Shown here in pieces: positions 57,822 through 64,000 of a stretch of DNA of 64,000 nucleotides. This DNA comes from Mayamaea pseudoterrestris. Taxonomy: Eukaryota. Every line of letters begins with the position of its first letter. The first letter of the stretch is position 1. The translations under genes and the position numbers were made by a program. A model generated the notes under the pieces. That model was given only the letters and a program-made list of their open reading frames with translations, searched no databases and was not told the DNA's origin. The stretch spans positions 558,001 to 622,000 of the forward strand of contig BROI01000017.1 of the NCBI GenBank assembly GCA_027923505.1, given 5' to 3'.

Positions 57822-58820
57822 ATGGTGATGCGACTTTCTCTTTGTGGTCTCGCTTGGATTATCGCACAAGCAAACGTCACGCTCGTCGCGGCATGGCTGT
57901 CACACCAAAGGAAAAGTCATATAAGCTTTCGATCAATATGGAGTATTCACAAACGTCAAGCGGTTGCGGATCAACAGCTTGGTTCCTTTGAATCTCTCCT
58001 ACTTGACGAAACGGGTGATCAACGTCGTGTCTTGCTGGAAAGCTACCTCGAAGACGACGCACTCGTTCCATTTAGTGATGCATGGCGACGACAAAAGGAG
58101 CTTCTACAGGACCAAGTGGATCGCATTAAACGAGATTTGCAATCAAACTCCTTTGTCTCTACCAGTAACATTGACTCTTCACGGGGGTGCGATCGCATAC
58201 TCATGCTGCAACATGCGCCCGTATACACGTTGGGAACGGCTTCAGACGAACGTTATATTCTTAGTCAACAGTCCTCCACATCATCAACAAATAAATCATC
58301 AGGCGATACTCAAGCACCCGCTGATACTCTTGCCACTTCCGACATTCCAATCGTTCGCATGGACCGCGGCGGCGAAGTCACCTACCACGGACCCGGCCAG
58401 CTCGTCGTGTACCCAATACTTGATTTGCGAAGCTACCGGCAAGACATTCACTGGTACATGCGTGCCCTCGAGCAGGTTGTTTTATTGGCCTGCCAAAAAT
58501 TACAACTGTCAAGACCGGCAGTGCGACAAGATGATACAACGGGCATTTGGATCGACAATTACAAGATTGCCGCCATGGGCGTCAAGTGCAGTCGATGGAT
58601 CACGCAGCATGGACTCGCCGTCAATGTGGAGGAGACTAGTCTGCGTGGTTTTGATGGCATTGTTCCTTGCGGACTTGAGGGACGCAAGGTGGGGTCCTTG
58701 AACCAGTTTCTGGATGAGCCGATCACAGTCCGCGAGTTTGCAGTATTCGTTCAGGAGGCACTCGAAGAAGTGTTTGGCATACAACTGGTGGACGCGAGTC
58801 ACTTTAAAGTATGCTCTTAA
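57822..58820 (+). CDS. lipB: Octanoyl/lipoyl transferase LipB, probable plastid presequence
   Basis: LQHAPVYTLG, DRGGEVTYHGPGQL, KIAAMG, HGLAVNV and IVPCGL. Confidence 0.95.
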   Translation: MVMRLSLCGLAWIIAQANVTLVAAWLSHQRKSHISFRSIWSIHKRQAVADQQLGSFESLLLDETGDQRRVLLESYLEDDALVPFSDAWRRQKELLQDQVDRIKRDLQSNSFVSTSNIDSSRGCDRILMLQHAPVYTLGTASDERYILSQQSSTSSTNKSSGDTQAPADTLATSDIPIVRMDRGGEVTYHGPGQLVVYPILDLRSYRQDIHWYMRALEQVVLLACQKLQLSRPAVRQDDTTGIWIDNYKIAAMGVKCSRWITQHGLAVNVEETSLRGFDGIVPCGLEGRKVGSLNQFLDEPITVREFAVFVQEALEEVFGIQLVDASHFKVCS

Positions 58821-58995
58821 TGGTTGAAGCTTACTAAAAGATAGGCAAATGTATAGCATCTCATGCAGCCAACCTCCTTTTTTGGACGTTCTTGATAACC
58901 GGTGTGACTTTTAGTCGATGAAGGTGCAACCTGCATCGTTGCGGCCATGACAGGGGTGCAAAAGCCACGGCTATTACCGCTATTGTAATTCGACA

Positions 58996-61254
58996 ATGAA
59001 GAGAGTCATAAGTAAGACACATCATACACTATCTTCGTTTGTTTTTCGACAAAGTGCAGAAAGTCGAGCGGCAGGAAGACCCGCAGCAGTCGGTTCATCC
59101 CTCGACTACCTACGTTGGTATGCTTCTGCCCCCTTGATTTCCTCAAAAGAACGACATGAACCAACGTTTCAAGAGCAGAATCGTTCAGTTATGCCGCATT
59201 TTGATCCTTCGATCTCCGACACGGAATGGCGGGAAAGGACCGAGCAACTCCTCCAATCGGCTCGGGCGCAAGAGGAAGCTGATGCTGTCACACCTCGCAC
59301 TATTATTAACATGGAACAAACCATTCGCTACTGGACAACGCAGCGGACACCTGAAGCAGTCAACAATTGCTTCAAGTTGTTTGATCTCATGATCCAGCAG
59401 CTGCATGACCGCCCAGAATTGCTCAAGACACGCGACTTGTCGTATTTCTACACTGGCAATTATCCGAGGGCGACGCATCTTTTGAATGCCGTACTTGATG
59501 CTTGGAGAATACAGTTTGAATTGCAAGACAAAAAGCGTATGGAAGAATCTACTCATACGCTTTTGAATCCATATCGAGTCGTTGATAGGGTTGAGCATTA
59601 TGCTAAACGCGGCGTCACGATGAATTGTCGAGTATACTCCATCATCATGCAAGCGTCGCTTTGCGACAAGCACTTTCACAAGGATACTCCCATTGTCTGT
59701 GAACAGCTTCTCAATTACATGCTGCAAAACCCTCATACCATGCCTGATACCGTTGCGTTTACAACTGCTATTCGAGCGTGGGGCAAGTCAAGCCGTCCCG
59801 AAGCAGCAGAGCGAGCCGAGCAAATGTTTCTGGAACTCGTCAACTTGTATGACAGCAATCTACTTCAAGATCCGCCCAATACAGTCACCTACAATACTGT
59901 TTTGGACGCCATGTGTCGGTCGACGCAGCGAGATGTGATGCAGCGAGCGCATAATTTATTTTGTGATATGCGCTCAAGTCCCTATCCGCAAGTGGCGCCC
60001 AATACAATTAGTTACCGCATCATGATTACTGGCTGGGCCTCGATTCAGGTCATGGATAAGGCTTGCTCGTTGCTGCATGAAATGGTCCAGTTATATCAAA
60101 CTGGCAGCACGGACGTTCAATTGGATGCTACCTTTTTCTCCAAACTCATTTCCATCTTGGCCAAGAGTAAGGAACGACAGAACCACATTCGCGCGCGTGA
60201 ATTGTACCAAGTGTTGCAGCGGCTTCACCAGGAAACCAGGGATGCACGGTTTTCTCCCGATGAGTTGTTTACGACACGTGCCATGATTATCGTGTACAGT
60301 AAACTCCAGCAACCCGACCTGGCCGAGGCACTCTTGCAGCGACTTGAAAAACAAGCGCTCCGGCAGAGAGACGCGTCAAAGCGAAAAAATATATCGCCAA
60401 AGCGAGGACACTATCGAGACGTTATATTTGCCTGGTCCAAGAGCAATGATGCAAAGTCGGCGGAGCGCGCGGAGCGAGTGCTGCTGCGTATGATCCACGT
60501 GCTAGATGCAGAGCATGAGCTGGTCGACAAGTTTACGGTCGATACGGTTCTTGCGCTGTGGTTTCAACAGAGTCGAAAAGGGCAGGCGGATGCGGCTCAG
60601 CGAGGAGAGTCCTTGTTACGACGTATTCAAAAATCAAATGATGAAAAGAGCCTTTCCGTTTGCCAGCTTGGAAGGTCGTCGTACATGCAGGTCATGAAAG
60701 GTTGGGCGTCGTCCACTCAATCAGCCGCCCCTGAGCATATTATGAAACTTCTTTCGGAACTGGAGCAGCTGGCCAGTTCTGATCTAGACATGATGCCGAC
60801 AAGAGCACATTATACAATTGCAGCCGCAGCTTGGATGAAGCGAAAGCGTCCCGGTGCGGCGGCTCAGATACGTCGTTTGCTGGATGACGCACACCGAGCT
60901 TATGGGCAAGGCTGTGAAGATGCTCTCCCGGATAAAGCACTATATAATACTCTTGTTCACTCTCATGCTCAACAAGGGGATGTTGAAGAAGCCGTAAAGA
61001 CGTTGAATGAAATGGTAATTCAAGGTGATCTTGGAAACGTACATGCCCTGCCAGCAATTGGTGAGTTAAATCTTGCCTTACTCGCGTGCTTGCGGTCGGA
61101 AGGCAATAAGGCGGACGTGATTGGTTGTTTAGAAAGCATTCGATTATTGATGCATCAACTTGGCTTGTCCCCAAATGAGCGCACAAAAAATTTGCTTTTA
61201 GACGTCGAGCGCTCACTCGCCGATAAAAAACGATTCGTTACACAAGGCAAATAA
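58996..61254 (+). CDS. Pentatricopeptide-repeat (PPR) protein, likely mitochondrial
   Basis: Repeats PDTVAFTTAIRAW, PNTVTYNTVLDA, PNTISYRIMITGW and PDKALYNTLVH. Confidence 0.88.
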   Translation: MKRVISKTHHTLSSFVFRQSAESRAAGRPAAVGSSLDYLRWYASAPLISSKERHEPTFQEQNRSVMPHFDPSISDTEWRERTEQLLQSARAQEEADAVTPRTIINMEQTIRYWTTQRTPEAVNNCFKLFDLMIQQLHDRPELLKTRDLSYFYTGNYPRATHLLNAVLDAWRIQFELQDKKRMEESTHTLLNPYRVVDRVEHYAKRGVTMNCRVYSIIMQASLCDKHFHKDTPIVCEQLLNYMLQNPHTMPDTVAFTTAIRAWGKSSRPEAAERAEQMFLELVNLYDSNLLQDPPNTVTYNTVLDAMCRSTQRDVMQRAHNLFCDMRSSPYPQVAPNTISYRIMITGWASIQVMDKACSLLHEMVQLYQTGSTDVQLDATFFSKLISILAKSKERQNHIRARELYQVLQRLHQETRDARFSPDELFTTRAMIIVYSKLQQPDLAEALLQRLEKQALRQRDASKRKNISPKRGHYRDVIFAWSKSNDAKSAERAERVLLRMIHVLDAEHELVDKFTVDTVLALWFQQSRKGQADAAQRGESLLRRIQKSNDEKSLSVCQLGRSSYMQVMKGWASSTQSAAPEHIMKLLSELEQLASSDLDMMPTRAHYTIAAAAWMKRKRPGAAAQIRRLLDDAHRAYGQGCEDALPDKALYNTLVHSHAQQGDVEEAVKTLNEMVIQGDLGNVHALPAIGELNLALLACLRSEGNKADVIGCLESIRLLMHQLGLSPNERTKNLLLDVERSLADKKRFVTQGK

Positions 61255-61306
61255 AGACAATACATAGAAATAGAAGTTTTATAAATTATGTACTATGAAC
61301 TATGTG

Positions 61307-64000
61307 TTAGTCGATATCTAACGCCTGAAAGACGGCGCGTAATTCAAGTTCATCCTCACGAGAACGATGACGACGGTATGTATTAGGACAGTCAATGCAC
61401 GTGCAATTCGCGATCGGTGTCTGAATTTTCCCTGACTTTAGTTTGCCTTTTAAACCAGGTCGCGCCTCCTCCAGAGCAGCAAAAGTTTCAGAGCTTTCAA
61501 AGCAAAAGTTGCATCGGCTACATGTTTGCGCGAGCACCTGACTCTCCGCTTGTATCTGATTCATCCGCCTCGTCGCCACTTCCACTACCCGCGATTCGCA
61601 TGAACGACACTCGGAACATATCGACACATGCGATCGACCTGAAATTTTAGATTTCCTGCCACAAAACCAGCATAGGTCCGACCCAAAGAAAGATGAAATC
61701 ATCGCGTTTCTCCCAGTGGTTGGCCAAAAGTGGATCCGTCGCCGCGGCTTGGGAGAGGATTTATACCATTCATGCACGTCTACATTGTGCGGATTGAGAC
61801 CAAGACATCTTTGCAAAGCTGCATTGACGTGCTTCGTAATGTAGTATGAGGTATTCACAGTGTATAAATCCCAATGTTCCATTAGCTCAAGTGGTGTCAG
61901 GACAGCGTCGCTGAGGCGTACTGCCTTGCCAGGAGAAGCGACAATAACATAAGCCAGCCTCTCCTTATGTCGAACAACGCGACCCGGGTCGTTTTCAGTC
62001 AATCGTCGTGCAAGGGCGGCTTGGACGGGCAACGATGCTCGATATTTGCTTCGCACACGTCCTGTAAGAATAAAATCAGAGACTGGGAGCTTTCCGGACT
62101 CAATTAGCCGCCATTGTCTCACAAGATAATCCTTGACAGCAGGTACACCGTGACTAAACAACGTCTTCAGAGCGTTTGCCAGCACCTTCTGTGTCAAATT
62201 GCATTGATCGCGGCGAATTGTCTCGATACCTTTCGCTTCGAATTCTGGCTTCCTCTGGTCTATGGACTCGTATTTCATCCCGCAATACTTCTTCTTTGTC
62301 TGCATGATGGAACCCGCATAAACCTTTTCGAGTTTAAGCTGGACAGGCGGTGGATTATTTTTAGTTACCGCTGTGCAAAACTCTTCGCCAAACCGGAAAG
62401 CCTCATGAACGGATCGACCTGGCAATCGAACGAAGACCGAATCCGTGTCCCCATATATTACGGTGCAGCCTTTCCATCGACCATTAAGTTCGCTTCCCCA
62501 TCTGTTTGCGAGATTGATCGCGTCCGTTAAAGTCCGTCTCCCACATTCAACGATCGTATCGGCAAGCAAGGGCATTGCGCAGCGGCCACTAAAAGTTGCG
62601 CTCGTATAGCCATAAGTCACATTGGCAACGTACTTAAGAGCAAGCTGCCTTGCTTCGAGCTGCCTCAATACGGCACTTGGCAAGTCCTTAACGTTCCGCT
62701 TATACAGTTTAGCCGCCCTTTTCAACATGGCGCGAGTCGTTAGCATCTCATCCAATACTTGTGGAAGCACTCCTTTCACCACGGTTTCAGATACATAGAT
62801 GTCGCCAGTTGGTGCAATGTAAGCTCTGTCACTTCTATCGCTAAACAAAGACTTTAGATGATGCTTGAGTATCGTAGCGGACCGTCCTTCCGGATATGAG
62901 AATGGTCCAATCTTGCCCGACGTACGTCCCTTTCTCCGCATCTCGCTTCGTGTACTTTGATATTCCAAATGACCTCCTATTGTCGAGTAGCATAAATTAT
63001 ATGCGATGACTAATGACGGATATAACGCCGTAAAATCACATACGACGACTGGATCATTGTAATGCCCAGATTTTGGTTCGAGAGTCAAGGCTTGGACTTG
63101 CAACGCCTCTTGACGGTCGGCGGCATGGAGCGACGGTGAGTAGAAAAAGTATCTCCTTCCAAGAAGTCCTTGACCTGATATGTCCTTATTATCTGGCTCG
63201 TTCTCTTGGCGATTTAATCCACGCCTCTCTTTCCATGGGCTTTGGGTCTGTGAGACGCTCCCGCTGCCCAAGCTTGATAATGCATCCAAAGAAGAAGGCC
63301 TCATGCCGGCTTTTGTTCCCCTTTCTCCCGAGTCCAAGCTCTGTAAAGCGCGAAGCAAAACACCCTCAACCTTGTATTGCGACCCTCTAATGCCAGGAAA
63401 ACTTTGACTCAACTCAACTCCACTTAAACGCGCAGCTTCGCCAGCCCTTCCTATCACATCCATTGCATCGAACAATACAATAGTAGACATGGCTTGAACA
63501 AGTCTGTAATGAAGGACACGCCATCTCTCTCTTCCTTTCTTTTCGCTGTACCATTGGGTGAGTTTAAGATTGTCATGAAACGGTATGCGTTTGCCTGTGA
63601 CCGTAGCTACGACAGCCTGCAGATAAGATGCATTTGGGTGTTTCACCTCTTCCGCTACAAGCTTCCATGACGCAAATACAAGCCTTCCGACGATTGATGA
63701 CGCTGCAACGCCGGCGCCGACGCGTTCGTCCCAATCGGCACCCATTCCACTTCCTTTCCACTTGTCTTTCTTCTCGTCAAGAGGTGTTTTTCCGTCCGCA
63801 ACGCCACCAGTTTCAATTTGAAAAACATTATCGCGATCGTTGGCTTCAGCGAGTGCCGAAACAGTCGGCGTGCGTCCCAAAAGCTTCGCAAGATCGATTC
63901 CGCATGGCGCATTGTTAGAATCTTTCATCATTGAGCTTCTCTCAATCAAAAAACCCAGCCCAGCTCCTTGGGTATCCCACGAGCACATAAGATCTGGATC
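61307..64000 (-). CDS. REV3: DNA polymerase zeta catalytic subunit (C-terminal part; runs off the window edge)
   Basis: RGSQYKVE, DFTALYPS, KYVANVTYGYTSATFSGR, YGDTDS and C-terminal Cys clusters. Confidence 0.95.
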   Translation of the reverse strand, partial: DPDLMCSWDTQGAGLGFLIERSSMMKDSNNAPCGIDLAKLLGRTPTVSALAEANDRDNVFQIETGGVADGKTPLDEKKDKWKGSGMGADWDERVGAGVAASSIVGRLVFASWKLVAEEVKHPNASYLQAVVATVTGKRIPFHDNLKLTQWYSEKKGRERWRVLHYRLVQAMSTIVLFDAMDVIGRAGEAARLSGVELSQSFPGIRGSQYKVEGVLLRALQSLDSGERGTKAGMRPSSLDALSSLGSGSVSQTQSPWKERRGLNRQENEPDNKDISGQGLLGRRYFFYSPSLHAADRQEALQVQALTLEPKSGHYNDPVVVCDFTALYPSLVIAYNLCYSTIGGHLEYQSTRSEMRRKGRTSGKIGPFSYPEGRSATILKHHLKSLFSDRSDRAYIAPTGDIYVSETVVKGVLPQVLDEMLTTRAMLKRAAKLYKRNVKDLPSAVLRQLEARQLALKYVANVTYGYTSATFSGRCAMPLLADTIVECGRRTLTDAINLANRWGSELNGRWKGCTVIYGDTDSVFVRLPGRSVHEAFRFGEEFCTAVTKNNPPPVQLKLEKVYAGSIMQTKKKYCGMKYESIDQRKPEFEAKGIETIRRDQCNLTQKVLANALKTLFSHGVPAVKDYLVRQWRLIESGKLPVSDFILTGRVRSKYRASLPVQAALARRLTENDPGRVVRHKERLAYVIVASPGKAVRLSDAVLTPLELMEHWDLYTVNTSYYITKHVNAALQRCLGLNPHNVDVHEWYKSSPKPRRRIHFWPTTGRNAMISSFFGSDLCWFCGRKSKISGRSHVSICSECRSCESRVVEVATRRMNQIQAESQVLAQTCSRCNFCFESSETFAALEEARPGLKGKLKSGKIQTPIANCTCIDCPNTYRRHRSREDELELRAVFQALDID

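Noticed and set aside
7377..64000. Functional cluster of genome-maintenance genes (POLE, PDS5, REV3, centrin-like) around the satellite
   Set aside because: They are interspersed with unrelated housekeeping genes; without synteny or enrichment statistics it cannot be distinguished from chance.

Overview
Eukaryotic nuclear DNA, most likely from a diatom. This is inferred from short GT-AG introns, bipartite signal-peptide plus ASAF-like plastid presequences and a diatom-type Ty1/copia remnant. Two gene-dense arms (1-26.7 kb and 46.7-64 kb) flank a ~19-kb tandem array of a 348-bp satellite (~27317-46429). Left arm: RNase II-family nuclease, sulfotransferase-like protein, an 86-aa three-exon gene missed by the ORF track, a SPOC-like/SPAG7-like protein, DNA polymerase epsilon, an Mpv17-ACT-ACT fusion, TruA, a trypsin, an aldo-keto reductase, an ankyrin protein and a USP. 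Right arm: EF-hand protein, 2OG-Fe(II) oxygenase, a membrane protein, RluA, PDS5, LipB, a PPR protein and REV3. Each satellite unit carries two homologous perfect 27-bp palindromes that differ by three compensatory base-pair changes and alternate at 169/179-bp spacing. The array is CpG-depleted, has repeated deletions of palindrome arms, contains a 2889-bp out-of-phase duplication and hosts a Copia LTR element with an AAAAT target-site duplication, probably mis-assembled as a haplotype mosaic. Outside the array, a 42-bp TGACGT-containing minisatellite sits in two separate promoter regions, and a candidate ~200-nt structured RNA lies between two convergent genes. All calls were made by eye; no searches were run.
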